Notes under the pieces: model-generated
The model's database searches: none
What the model was told of the DNA's origin: nothing
Seen by the model: the letters and a program-made list of their open reading frames with translations, nothing else
Made by a program: the position numbers and the translations under genes
Assembly (NCBI GenBank): GCA_051362555.1
Contig: CM120644.1
Span: 13,972,567 to 14,036,566, forward strand
Reading direction: 5' to 3'
Length of the DNA stretch: 64,000 bases
Source of the DNA: Lingula anatina
Lineage: Eukaryota; Animalia; Brachiopoda
Shown here: positions 14,387 to 28,583 of the stretch, in pieces
How the letters are laid out: every line of letters begins with the position of its first letter
Position numbering within the stretch: the stretch's first letter is position 1

Positions 14387-14937
14387 GGTAAAAACGTATA
14401 TGATAGTATTAATGACTATGCTGAGAAAAAATAATAGAAAATGTTTGAATTTTCATTTTTTTTGTTTCACGATGATTTGCAAGTTCCCTAACGAAAAAGT
14501 CTTATGGACGTGGAATTCTGCCCCACACTTCTAAGGCCTAATTTGTCGCATATGGGCCTACTTAGGCCTGCATTTTTATGGATGGGGCATTTAAAGAGAA
14601 AAAAAATTAAAATGATATAACTTTTTTGGCCTTTATGAAACACAACGTTGCCTTTAAAACATGCAACAGAGTCTGAGAACAGTGTCACATCTTTTGAATT
14701 AATTTTTGTGTGAAGCGGCATCATTGATGTAGTAGTAGCAGCAGCAACAAAATCTGTAGTTGTAGTAGGCCTAATAAAGAATATTAAAAAAAGTCTTAAG
14801 TCCGGAATGCACCCTATGTAAGAGGGTGAGGCGGGTGAAATGTGAGGGAGTGAGGGAGATGATATTAATAACATAGCTGGGAAAAATCACCTGGGCATCA
14901 TTTGCTATCTCAACCCAATGGCACCATGAAATCTGCA

Positions 14938-14968
<31 letters not shown>

Positions 14969-15469
14969 AAGGAAATATGCATTCACTTAAAGAGGGGAGT
15001 CTTTCGTGGGTGGAATTAAATTTGACATATGCTACCTTCGAGGAATAAATCTAAATTAACTTCAGATTTGATATTTTTGACAACGTTATCTTTTCTAAAA
15101 TAGTTCTTCATAAACAAGAACATGCCCTGAATATTTCAATAGCTAGTAAGGAGAACGGAATGCAAGCCCTCGCCCATGGCTGTTAGACTGTCTATTTGAA
15201 AGATAAAAAAAATTTTGGGTTGCAGGGACGGGCTTTAAATATTTATAGATAGGCCTACAACTCAACCGACAACTATGCCTCAGCTCTAAAATGAATATAT
15301 CCCATGGAAATATGTTCAAAATAAACAAAAACACGTCAACAACAGGTGAAATTCTATAATACGACTCTCTTTAGACGCGCTCACTTTCTTTGTCGTGCAG
15401 TCACGAAAAAATGAGTCACCATCAACGCGAAAGCCTGAGTAACAATAGATAGGATCAAGATTTGAGTGA

Positions 15470-15520
15470 ATCAATAACTCGACTCGCTGACGTCACGACG
15501 CTATACACTTTATATATAGC
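15470..15520 (+). promoter_or_regulatory. Probable core promoter of the SAARP-like gene (CRE plus TATA box)
   Basis: TGACGTCA at 15489-15496 followed by TATATATAG near 15510, about 190 bp upstream of the ATG at 15700; an AP-1-like TGAGTCA lies near 15412. Confidence 0.45.
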
Positions 15521-15699
15521 ACCTTGTTTTGTGAGTCGACTTGACTAAGGGTTGAAGGTTTAAATCAGGTAGCACGACGCAGGTAGAAAGGGGTCCCCGG
15601 TCTTCGCGGTATATGCATATTCTATCTTAATAATTGCGACTAAAGGGAAGGAAAGTTTGGAATAGCCCCATCGCCTGAAACAGATTTAGACGCAAGGAG

Positions 15700-18600
15700 A
15701 TGAATAAGATTCAGCTTATGATCGGCTTGGGAGCCGTTATGGTCATGTGTGGAATGACCAACGTGGATGGTCAACCGGGGCGTGGACGACCGAAAGTGCC
15801 GGCATGGATGGAACGACTCGACACACGCCTGCGGAATGCCCGTCGTATGTTCAAGGAAAAAGTTAATAACAGGACATTCAACACTACAGAAGGAAGTCTG
15901 CGGGTAAAGCAACACGATTTTTCTTTGAATTTTCTTACTTTCTTCCTTCATCGCCATCCTCATCCTCATCATAATATTGTTACAACAGGCATGCCAAAAA
16001 GGCAGTAGTGTGAAACTGACGAAAATGAGAGTTGAATTTTAAGTTGTAGGCACAGCAAAGAGGAATGCTGATAGACATTTTGTGGCAACATTAATAAATA
16101 ATAATCTTATACTATTTTTTTCATACTTTAGGCTTCTCGCTGGGGAAATTTCACCATCAGCAAGTCGAAGAAAAACATCGACAACGACCGCAACAGCACT
16201 ACGTTTTCGGTTTGCCAAATGGCAGAGAAAACCCGCTCGAACAGAGGACTAGGTAGAAAACTGGGATGGGAATTGGGAAGGAGAGGAGGGCCATCTGCGA
16301 ATTTCAACTCCACGATGCAGATGATGTACAACATGTCTCAACCCGAGCCCACAGTGTATGGGGGCCTGAAAGCCTGGGCATTCGACATGGAAACCACCCT
16401 CCCCAGTGGCGCCAACATCACCGTGAGTATTTTGATGGGAAAACATCTGTGTTGTCTTTTGAAGATGTTATGTTATTCTTATACTTTTGGTTATGTTATA
16501 CGCTTGAACTTTTCAGTTTGAACACTTAGTCTGGGGTCCCATACCTAGATCGATCTAACAGGCCTACTTCTACGTATTTGCTTCAGGTGGTCTTAGACTC
16601 ACTCTTCTCTTTATATTTTCCTTTCAACAAATAAGTGTATTTCTCAAATTGAAATCTACATAGTCTATACAAATTTAATATATACCACAGTACAGTGTAG
16701 ATCGTGTTTAGTTTGGGGAAGGTTTCATTTATATACGCTGTGAATTTAAATGCTTTATCACCCGCAGCGACTTCAGGTTACACCTTAAATAATAAAAACG
16801 TATAACAGGTACTCTTAGTTGTCATAACAGAAAATACATATCAGTAAATATGAATTGAACAAAAATATATTAACATAACAGCTATATGGATCTGTAGAGC
16901 CCATCGAGTCCTGGTGTAACAGGAATGGAAGTCCTAGGAATGGAAGACCAGGGTTTATTATGATAACCCGTGTAGAAATGATGAGGAGCGGACTACTGTT
17001 CCGGTATTTACGGACTATTCTCGTTGTATTCTGTCCACATGCCACCTCTTATCTCGTTTTCATTGGTTTTAACTCAAAGTGTTGCGTTCCTTTAGTACTT
17101 CATTAAGGAAACCGCTTGGTTGCACCCCACCACAGACGGAAACTGTGTACCTACTCTCTTAAGACGTTCTTTAAGATAACAGATTGATAAGTTAGGTTCA
17201 GTCGGAAGCTAGGAATTAAAAAAGAAAACGACAATTTTTTTGTTCAAATTTATGAGAACAAGACCTCTTTCGCTACGAAAATAATCCTGAAACTGGTCTA
17301 AAAATTTTAAAACCAAAACTGTGGTCTTCGTGTACTTCAAATTCAAGATAAATTAAAATATTTCACTCAAAGTTAATATATATTCACGCCTCTCTTAAAA
17401 CTCAACAAGTGCAATGTTTCATTTAATATCATTGGGCCATTGTTTCTTTATCTTGGGTCAAATTAGAATAATTTTCAGATTTTTAAGGGCCTCAACACTA
17501 ACATTTGCTCTATGGTGAAATGATGAAATTTGCTTTGGTTGTTTTTGTTTTTCATGTATCTGCGTGATAACGTTAACGAGCGCTGCAGGATACATTTAAC
17601 ACCTCATCAACTTCTCTCTCTTTAATAATTCCTCAGTTATAATCTCTCCCAGATTCTTCACACTACCTTGCGTGTCTTTCCTATTCTGAAACAATATCCA
17701 TACCTTTGTTGCGGTTGTCACGTCTCATCACCCTGCTGCTCAGAGTATACTGAGTAGAACAAGCCGCCTTAACACTGACATGGCATTTACGGTATATGTC
17801 AGGAGCGGATTTAGGCCGTCTTCTGGGTCTTCTGGAACACGGTCAGATTTTCAAGTTTACATTGACGGGTATTTAATTTTTCCTGTCGGATGGTCAAAAA
17901 TGGAGGATGGATCAGTAAAGATAATTTGGAAGCCTGTCAGAAAATATGTCTGGATCCGCCCCTGTTACATGTATAATGTTTTCTCTTAATATGAATAGTG
18001 AAGGCTGCCTTCTGAAACCCAGGGTGTTGAGCGCACATGGATTCCGAAAAACGTGATTCTCCAGACAATACAAATTAAAGCAAAGTGTATTTCTCAAATT
18101 GAAATCAACATAGTCTATACAAGTTTAATATACACCACAGAAGATTGTGTTTAGTCCGGGGAAGATTTCATTTATATACGCTGTGAAGTTAAATGTTTTT
18201 ATCACCCGCAGCGACTTCAGGGTATACCTTAAAAAATAAAAACGTTATGACTATATAAGGTAGGCCTACTCTTAGTTGTCATAACAGAAGATACAAATCA
18301 GTAAATATAACATGATGTATTATTATCTCCATAACAGCAACAGCGTGTACTGAGATGAGAAGAACCATTTGTCATGAATTCGATCCTAAATAATCCAAAA
18401 ACCAGTGGATAATTAATGCCTGCTTGACGTCAGTGGTCCGCTTTATATAAGTAATAACAATCGATATTTTTAAAACACCACAGTGTCAACCCGCTGAGCG
18501 GGATATAAAATCTTATTGAACAGAGCACCTAATTTGTCTGACTATATAATACCCCGCTTTCACTAAGACCGAGATTGTGAAAAGGCGTTTTCATACAAGG

Positions 18601-19695
18601 CATATGACTCGTCCCTTAAAGCAGTCAATCATCTTAGGAAGGGTGTGCTAAAAGACGCTCACCTGAGCGTTAATAATTTGTGTGCGGATAGGCATATGCT
18701 AAGGTCAACCCAAGGAGGTAAAAATTCCTAGGGTCAACGTACGATGGACTAGTGATGTAGAGGCAGTGGGTGCTCATTGCCCTCTACCATGGCCACAGCC
18801 CACACATTGTTTTTTTTTTTTTTTTTTTTCACTTTTAATATTCACAGATATGTCTGTGGCCTATTCATGACAATTTTTCTTCTCTCCAACCAAAGTATTG
18901 GTATGACGTAGATTTCATTACTCAATAGGCCTCTTATATGGAGTAGATGGACACCCTTATATAAAATTGACGGATAGTTTAAGAGCCATATTCAGGAAAA
19001 TAATACTTTGAATCCCTCGCTTTAGAACATTTTTACTTGCGACATGACAACTCCCCTTTCGTATCGAAATTAGTTTGCTTTCGACGGCATCGCCAAGAGC
19101 CATATGGATAAATTATAGCTCCTGCGTTTTCCATTAGTATTATTCCAGACTATAAAAGTTATCATATTATTACTAATTTTAAAGCAGTCTTGAGGCTGAC
19201 AGGTCCACTTTTTCTTTCCACACATATTTATGAGGAACGATTATCTCGAGTGCATCTTTTTATGAATGCATAAATTATGCTAGTTTTCATAACGGAAGCT
19301 CTGCTTAATATTAATCATCATCATCATCATAATGACATGGGTGTGAGTTAAGATGTGAAGATCAGGAACGCAATCTTAGATAAACCAAAAGCTCGCGCAT
19401 TAATCACTGCATATATTACAGTCAAGATTTAATCTCACAAAAAAAAGGTGTGGCTCCACTTAACCTTATTCATTTCATATACGGGTACTCCGAAGAAGGA
19501 AAACAATGTTTGAAAAGTCACATTATATTATTATTTAGACTGATCTCGCAAAAACAGTGTATTTCATATTGTTATAATTAGGTGAATACAACAAAGATGA
19601 TCATATAGATAAATGTGACTTATCAAAAATTCTTTATCTTACTATTCTACCATATCTTTATCAGTACAGAGCTAGCTAGCTACCTACAGGTGTAG

Positions 19696-19755
<60 letters not shown>

Positions 19756-22700
19756 GGCGTCTTATCCCTCACTCAGAAAGTAGACTGTTTGCTTAACAAA
19801 GGAAATAAAGGTGGAGAAAATAGTTCTTTCCTTGGTTGCTGTCAATGAAAATGATTTTACCGTGTTCATATACACAATGACTCTTCCTGTCAAAGATGGT
19901 CACCTGTGCGTTGCTGACTTGGTAATGGGTAATTTGATACGAGGTCACCGGAGTTGGGTGGACATCAACTTATCAATGGACAACAGCTGAAATACGAAGA
20001 GTCCTATTCTAAAAAGAATCCGTGGAATCCCTTGCGTTAAATTGCGCGTTAAATTTCACCGTTTGCGTTTCGAAACTATTTCGGTTTTGTTGTCTGCATC
20101 GAATGTCGTAGGTATAATTATGGTGTCCTATCCTTCCTTATGAGTATCAACGGTCCTGTAGGTACATATAGGCTTCTGTTGTCTTGTCCATTCTGTGCGG
20201 CTGACCATTACTTTCTCTCTGTCGTCTTCATGTATTTTCCTTGTGTCTCCAAACAATCAAGATGTTGTATTTCCATAGAACGACCTGTGAACTTTGCTTG
20301 TCTTATGGACATTTTTGAAAATTCAAGATGTCTTTTGTGTTCAGCTTCTTTCATAACTGTTGTTAATTTTTTTTTCTATATTTGCCCATTTCGCTTTATT
20401 TTGACTTCGTTTTATTTTGATCTATTCTCTTATACTTTCACAGGTAAGCGTGTACAGGTTTAACGAAACTGGGAACTTCACAGACGAGGACGGCGTGGTC
20501 ACGCCCATCACCCAGGGAGACGTCAAATTCAATATGGAGCTGAGTGGGTAAATAGTCACCAGTACCTTTAATAATACCTTTCCCAGGGCTACATACTTAT
20601 TTTTCAGTAGATATTCACAAATATTTCTCTAACTCTGTTGGAGGAAAGTGCACATTCAGGGTAGTTTACACGATGTTTCCATTCTTAATGGAGTGGCATT
20701 TTTATTGAAAGGAAATATCTCATTAAAGCCATCTTTCATCAGCTATATTATGCATTCAAATTACAATTATAGAATCAATGGAAGCCCCCCTCCCCCTCCC
20801 CGGACATATTTCTAAAGTTTTTGCTTAAAGGGTTTGCTTCATGCCGTCAGAATGGCCTGAACGGAACATATTCTTCAGAAAACATGCCCAACTAACGATA
20901 TCTTTATCCAAATACACAAATTAAAAGCTCATTTTGTAAATTTTTGGCTTTAAAAAACGTCCTATTTGCTCGGCCTGGGAGTTAATGAGCTACGTGGTCA
21001 CGTGGTCCAATGACGACAATCGAACCACTGGAGAACAGAGCGTGCTTAGCTGTCAAACTGAGCTGCATTGTCTACCTGTAAGATGACTTCTCTGGCTTCT
21101 GATAAAAGTTTATATTCATTCAAATCTCTTACCCGAGGGGTCTAAATCCTCGTGAAGCTGTGTAAAACCATTTCCCGTCTAGTCATTTCTTTAACAAGCA
21201 TTTCATTATGGTTATCCCAAATTGTATAAAACACTGCATTTGAATGAGTTAAGGGAAATGTTGATTATTGCATATGAGGTCCATGTTATTTGTGAAATTC
21301 AATTTATTTTATTTAACCGCTGACACTCCGTCTTGCATACTTTTATTAAACTGAGGTAAACAATGCCCGTTACCTTTACAAGTCCTATCTTAATCATCCA
21401 TCTAACTGGAACTTCCTTTACCTCTTAATTAGAGGGTTAAATGGCATTCAATTTGTCTTGCTTGTATCGAACGCACTCTCTATCTAAGCTTTACTCCAGT
21501 TATCTCAGGTAAAAATCTACCTGTGCGTTAGTTACAAAGCGCAGCTCCCGTAGACCTGGGGGTACTAGATAAAATCTGAACACCAGGTTTATCGAGGAGC
21601 TAGAGAAAGAAAGGAAGAATTTTTCCTGCACAACTTCATAGGAATTTTAACACGGACTTGATCCAGCTTAGACCTCCAAACTAACAGGGTGGCATGGGCA
21701 ATTTTCACAAACAAATCATAAAACTATATTTCAGTTAACCGCCTTTAAAATAAATATACCGTTCTGGGTAAATTAAAATAGTTATTAAATCGCAAGAATA
21801 TTTTTGACTTAAATGATGATTTTATTATTAATGGAAATTAAGCTGCTATATGAGGTACATTTGCTGTGATTACGCTGTCCTTCATGTTTTGCTGTATGTG
21901 CTTGTAATCTTTTTAAATATGTGCGTACAATTTTTGCAGGTCTGGTTACCCCCCTGTTATGTGATGAGAGTATTAATTTGGCAATTAGTTCCTTAGCTTA
22001 TTTGAATAGAATTGCAGTGTAAAATTTTCAACAAGATGTTGGCGAAATAGCCCATTACTCTTTGTAGGTATTTCCCCCGTCAAAGTTTGTCTAAAATTAT
22101 CTTTCAATCTTTACTCTTTCAAAGACAGTATAAAGTTACCTGATATATTTTCGTGTAAACTTAATGACAAGCCAAGTGTCTCCAGTTCATTCCGTACTCA
22201 ATTTTACCCAAGCAAATTTTTTTCTTGAGTAGATCTTTATAGCACGGTGTTATAAGCTTACAAATTTGCAAAAAAAAAAAAAAAAAAAAAAAATTGCGTA
22301 TTGACTCAGAATTTGCGTTTCAAGTTATAAAATAATCAATCTTTTAAATTATTTAATATTTCAGATGAAATAATCTTCAGAAACAAATCCTCAAAGCATA
22401 AACGAATTAGGATAACGAACCATTTTATTATAGCAGTTCCCATTTTTTCTTTAATATAACGCTCTTTTTCCTGTTTTTCCTCAACACGTTTTCTTCCACG
22501 GAAGCTTCAAGATACCCTGAGAGCAATTTCTTTTATTAATGTTCGCGACCGTGTTTGAACTTAATTGTTTAAGTATTGATATTTAACGTCATTTACAAAT
22601 ACCAATAAAATAACCCCATGAAATAAATGAGATATATTGAAAAATATGAAAGCCCACCAAGACGAGTTTCATACCTGTTATTACCTGGCTTGGGAATTGC

Positions 22701-23745
22701 AGCGGTGCATAATTAACAGGTTTGTTGTAAACGAGCTTTTGGTCAACTACAATGCATTTAAAATGCATCAGCAATCAGTAAGTTTGCCAACTGATGACAG
22801 TTAATCTGAAAGACTACCAGCTCTTGATATGATCTAAACCACCTGAGGTGACCATGATCTAGAGCATCGCAACTATTGTCACCGAAGTTAGTAAGTAAGG
22901 CACGGAAGACCGTCACAGACAAAGAAAAATTGTCAACGAGAGCTGCAATTTTGGTGAATCCCACGGCAACACACCGAGGCATAACGAAAATGCCTCAACT
23001 CCGTTCAACACAACTTTCCTTAACTTCTCCGTTTGTATGCACCATGCAGCTCAGTTGAGTCTCATAGACCTTTATCGTGATTGTCGTCACAGTACCACGT
23101 GACCCAGATCTGTTGCTTCATTTTTGCATATTGAGGTGAGGTTTACTAAAACGCTTTTTTTCTACTAATAGATTGTTTTTATAATTTTTAAATGGCGGGG
23201 ATCGATTAAAACATACCTCTAGTGTATAGATTGAGTGCTGTATCTTCAAAATTCGAGAAATGGATTTTTACATGAACATTGTCCTTTAAGTATGATAGAG
23301 AGGTTGTAATGGGTGTTTCATAGTTCAGATGGAATCCATAACACGTATAGCCTCGTCCACGAAAAAAAGGGGTGTCCTGTGAGACACCGACATACTGGAC
23401 TGCAAATGTCTTCTAATATGGCTGTGTCACTAAATATATTTTCTTCATAGTCGCAAGAAAAAATAGTTAATTTTTACTCTCTCCCTCCACAAAATAATTC
23501 ACGTTTTTTTTTATTCTGTATTTTAGGTTTGAGCTGTGTAATGGTAATGATACAGCGTGTAACGACACTACGGAGTTTCTTGACGTCGACTTCTGCGTAG
23601 GAAGCCGTGAGGAACCAAAGGCAAGGAGGGGCTCCCCAAAGAACGCTGTAGGCCGCGTGAAAGATATAGTGCTTGGAAAAAGTAACATCACAATGGAGGA
23701 CAAGGTGAGCCGAGGATGTTTTTTTTTGTGCATAATGTTTTTACG

Positions 23746-23788
<43 letters not shown>

Positions 23789-24103
23789 TGAATGAATGAA
23801 ACTGACATTTAGTTTTGTATTTTACAAATCAAACTATATTTCTTTTAGGCATACATAGATGGCGCCAAACACGCCATGGCGGCGGGATATCCGAAGATCG
23901 TAAGAGTGGGAAACAAGTGGGCGATTAGGGTCCGTTTCCCTCGTTTTAACAGCACCGTGCTCTACGATCCCATCATAAGCCAAGGAGAAGCAGATGAAGT
24001 GGCCTCTTTAATTTCTGGAGGAAGACAAGTCGCCCTCAGTTCAATTCTTGTCTGCCTGTGCGCCGCCTTTTTATCGTCTGCCATGTTTTTGATGAAATGG
24101 TAA
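15700..24103 (+). CDS. SAARP/CARP4-like (skeletal aspartic-acid-rich protein family-like) secreted or membrane-anchored glycoprotein, 343 aa, 5 exons
   Basis: Exons 15700-15903, 16132-16422, 20444-20547, 23527-23704, 23849-24103; GT-AG, phases 0,0,2,0; 1032 nt. Signal peptide MNKIQLMIGLGAVMVMCGMTNVDG. Family-like motifs GDVKFNMELSGFELC, FLDVDF, IDG..MAAGYP and IRVRFPRFNSTVLYDP, then a hydrophobic C-terminal tail. Family assignment is from motif memory. Confidence 0.8.
16633..18309 (+). repeat. Dispersed direct repeat of about 215-225 bp in intron 2 (16633-16846 and 18084-18309)
   Basis: aagtgtatttctcaaattgaaatc...catagtctatac...tttatcacccgcagcgacttcagg...ctcttagttgtcataacagaa...cagtaaatat occurs twice with modest divergence. 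Confidence 0.85.
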
Positions 24104-25887
24104 TTGGTTCTCTAAAATCATTCATTTTTTAATCTCATGTGAAATGTAAGTTAAGTATATCAAACAATTAATGACTTATCTCAGTTCGAATATCTTTGGA
24201 GATTTGTTCAGATTGAAAGAGTAACCTACGAACAGTGGATGTGCATAGGGCCTATATATTTTTTTAAGTAGAATATAAAATGGATTTTCCCTTGAGGTTG
24301 ATCGTTAGGCAATTTTCTTATAACGAAAGAATTTTTTTGCATGAAGAAATGTGTGAGTAGATTAAATATATATTATAAAATGAGGGAGGGGGTTAATATG
24401 AGAAAGCTTTGGCAAAGGACAAGTGAATCCTGTATATCGCAAGTAGGCCTATATCCTGTATAACCCACACAAATCAATGGAAAACTGACGTTTTTTACCA
24501 GTTCAATATTTTGTATTGTTTTAATATTAAATGTTGTAATCATTTTATAATAATCGGTTTATAAAGGAAAAGTATAGGAATATATAACACTCTGTCTATT
24601 ATTGAAATGTGTCTATAAATCAATAGGGAATAAGACATTTATCGCATTGTCACAACATTCAAATTACATTTATAACAGCCTTGGTTTTTCTGGTCATGAA
24701 AAACTGCCAAAGTTCATGAAGTAAATGTTGTGAGAAAGTGGGAAAAGCACCAATTAACGCTTATGTAAAAAGGGAGCTTATCGTAAATGACTCGAGAGCA
24801 ATGTCGTTGAAACCATAGACATTGCACCGATATTGTGAAAACAGTCAAATGGCCTATCAAACGACATACCTTCAAGAATTCTCATCGCAGATTAACTTTT
24901 TACTTATCACGTTCTCAGGGTAGTTGGGTAGGCCTGGTTCTGACTCTTGCATAAACATTTATTTGAATAGAAGCAAGGCTTTTTAGTTTGCAAATCCCTG
25001 CAGAAGTTATCATTTTGTTTTATACACAAGTTTTTGTTTACATATTTGTTATTTTATCATAAAGTGATGGACTACATATTTATACAAGACTAAGGAATGT
25101 TTGGTAGTAATGTTACATGTACAAGCGAAATGAAAGATATAATTATTTTTTGAAGTTGAGCTTATAATTCTTATAATTCCCAAAATAATAAATGACTTTC
25201 TTACTTTCCTGTATCTACGTGGGTACTAAATATTGTAATTTGTAGAAATATGTCTGAGTCGTTAATGTGTGCAGTTGAAATTCATATTCTGTATAGGAAA
25301 TTAATAGGGTTAGATTATTTATAGCATATGCCAAGGAAGAGCTGGTTGGATGACACATTTTTCTATTTTTTGTTGAAAAAATAACTCATTGAACTTTTTT
25401 TTTAATTTGACCTTATACCACACACTTGATTGATATTTCATTGGGGTATTCCAGACTTTGTTATTCGTAATCAAGAGCATATAAAAGGTACAAGCTTCTG
25501 ACACCTGTTCCGCCCTTTTTAAGTGTGACATAGTATATAGTCGCATGTGTTTTATATCGTTTTTTGTTTACTTGATTTTTTTTGTAAATAAAAAAGAATT
25601 ATCTGGGAGTGTCCGTTTGTTCCTCATTTTATCTGATCGCATTTCGAAAAAAGGAATGATTGACGAGAAATGTTTCGATTTTTGCTTAGTGCATAGAAAA
25701 GAAAATGCCGTCAAGTTGGACGTTTTGAACCTATGCAAATCTGATTCAAAGATCAGATTGGTTCTAATATCTACATTTCTTTACTTAAGGGTCAGCACGC
25801 GTCTACACAAACACACACACTCACACACAACGTTTGGTATACGGATTTTGCCATTTCAAAATTATGAGTATTTATGGATAATTTATG

Positions 25888-26074
25888 GTGACTGTTGACC
25901 TTATAGCTGTGATAAATAACATTTCAAAGTTGCTCCTCACAAACGACAGTTGCCCGTTGCGACTTGGAGCCACGAATTAGTGACTGTTGACCTTATAGCT
26001 GTGATAAATAACATTTCAAAGTTGCTCCTCACAAACGACAGTTGCCCGTTGCGACTTGGAGCCACGAATTAGTG
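25888..26074 (+). repeat. Perfect tandem duplication with a 92-bp unit
   Basis: gtgactgttgaccttatagctgtgataaataac...gcgacttggagccacgaatta starts at 25888 and again at 25980. Confidence 0.9.
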
Positions 26075-26275
26075 ATTGCGATCGCAGATTTAGTGACGAC
26101 ATGCTACATGCATAGCGACGTCCAGATTTGAGTGCTTTTCCCGTTTTTAATGTTCGGGATTCGAGCAAATAAAGTACACAATTAAGTCCGTATTGCAATT
26201 TGTAACAGATTTAGATGGAGTACAAGGAGAGCATTTTTGTGATTGAAATTGATCTTGAAAAGAAGGTGAATGGTT

Positions 26276-26322
<47 letters not shown>

Positions 26323-28583
26323 GTAATATATATCGCGGCCCGTCTGAATAAAGAAGAGCTATAAAACTATTTTCGAGATCGGGATTCGGGTAAATATACT
26401 AAAAAAACCCGGCCTGCTGATGCAAAGTCAAGGTCATGAACAAGGACTGTAATAGAATTTGTTAAAAGAGATTTTGAGGGGGCTCAAGGTGTGCATTATA
26501 TTGATGGAAATTGGTCGTGCCATTCTAAAAGTTAGGTGGCCTTTTTTCACTTATTTATTTATTTATTTTTTACAATTCTAATTGAAAAAGACTAAGGCAT
26601 TCCTTTTAAGATGGTTTCTGTATCTTTTTATGTAATGACACTAGAATTCATTGAGATTTGGACGACGATTCCTCTTGACTTTAGGTAATGTAACGCCTTG
26701 ATTAAAATACCGAAGACAAAAGATTGCTAGTCACGAGTTGGTTAGACATATATCAAGCTGACAAAACCGTGGCCAGCGATTAGCATGTTAAGGGATAAGC
26801 TATCTTCACATCTATATGCTGATTGAATTGTGATAAATATAGAGCACATTCTTGGTAGACAGTAATAAAGGACTATCTCCAAACTGCAATTAGCATTAAC
26901 AAAATATTTCCTGGACTGGAAAATATGATAAAAATACCAAACAAAATCTACGTAGTTTTTGTTTTATTCTTCCTGCAACCAGACTCATTAAATGTTCGCA
27001 GCTTATATTAATGACCGCACTTAAATTAAGCACCATTACTGTGAGTATATTTCGTCCACTATTTTACTGGATAAAGATGTCGATCCTTTTAGAATTAAAG
27101 GGATAGCGACTGCTCGTTTTGGTAAAAAATATATTTACCTGGAGTAAAGAACAATTTTGCCGATGGTTAATATGAATCCATCCATTCCGACATTCAAACT
27201 TACTCCATGCATATTTTTTTCTAAAAAAGTTTTTTTTTTAATAATAAACTCTTGAGAGAATATCACGGAGGAATAACCACCTGTGAAGGTGCATGTCGCC
27301 CGCATAACAGTTCCCGAAACAATTTACCAGAAAAATATTTTATTTCATTTTTGCCACTTTTAATTAATTTATTTATTATTGTGGGTAATAGTTTAATAAT
27401 TTATTGATTCATGCTTATAACAGTAAGAATGATTTTCCTCAGTGTTGATCACCGACATTACAGGGATAACAACTGTTAGTATGAGATTCACATTCACAAT
27501 AAATACAACTCGTTAACAACTCATACAATTATAATAAATTCCATTTTACCCCCAAACAATTACAATTATTCTGTAATCTGTGCTTACGATTGTCAAGCGT
27601 ACGCCCTTGGAATACAAGAATATATCTCGGCCCGTCTTAATATACTGTAAGATATCTGTAAAATTGTTTCGAGTAAATATACTGACAAACACTGACTTGC
27701 TGATACAATGTTTCTACGATGAACTAGGAACGAAATGGAATTTGTTAAAAACAATTTTGAAGGAGCTCAAGATGTGCATTATATTGATGGAAATTGATCG
27801 TACTTCTTTAAAAGTGAGATGACTGTTTTTTCATTTATTTAGTTATTCATTACAATTCTAATTGGAATTCCCTTTAAGGTGGTATCGCTGTCTTTTTTTA
27901 ATCAATGACACTAGAATTCATTGAGATTTGGACGATGGTTCCTCTTTACATTAGGTAATGTAACGCTTTGATTAAAATACCGAAGACAAAAGATTGCTAG
28001 TCACGAGTTAATCAGACATATATCAAGCGGTTTATTACTTACATTACCATGGTCAAGGAGCATAATGCAAATGAGAAGGAGCCTTCATACACGTATCTAG
28101 ATGCAGATTGATTCGTGATGAACATAGAGCTTAGTTTTGGAAATAATTAAGGGCAATTTCCAAACTGCAGTTAGCATAATTATTAAAAGTCCTGGATCCC
28201 GTGTCCATTTACTGTAAGTATGCATACGTTGTAGCCAATCAAATAAAGGGAAACTTACTAGTCGGGAGAGCCGTGCCAGCGGTTTGCTACTTAAACGAGC
28301 ACTACTCTGCTAAGACGTACAGGAAACGTTTAAAGACTGAAAGTGAAAAGACGTAAAAATTACTCTAGCTGTTTACTCGCTAGCGGAGGTAAGCGCAGGT
28401 AAATACAAGAGTATTTTGACAAATCACCAGATTACACGTACTGTAGAAAAATATGAATTTACCAAAACAATGATAGCTTCAGTACCTTTATGTTTTCGAT
28501 TTGTTGATGGACTTTTTAAATTTTACATGCAACGTAAGTTATTTTCTATTTTTTTTTCTCAGGTCAGCGTTTTACGGTTGGAA

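Noticed and set aside
25888-26074. Direct repeat considered as CRISPR-like
   Set aside because: Two adjacent 92-bp copies with no spacer in a eukaryotic context; a simple tandem duplication.
28416-28533. Upstream exon as the signal-peptide exon of the duplicated genes
   Set aside because: A donor (AAC|GTAAGT) is conserved in both copies, but the reading frame is not conserved between copies and no frame gives a clear signal peptide; treated as probable 5' UTR, unresolved.
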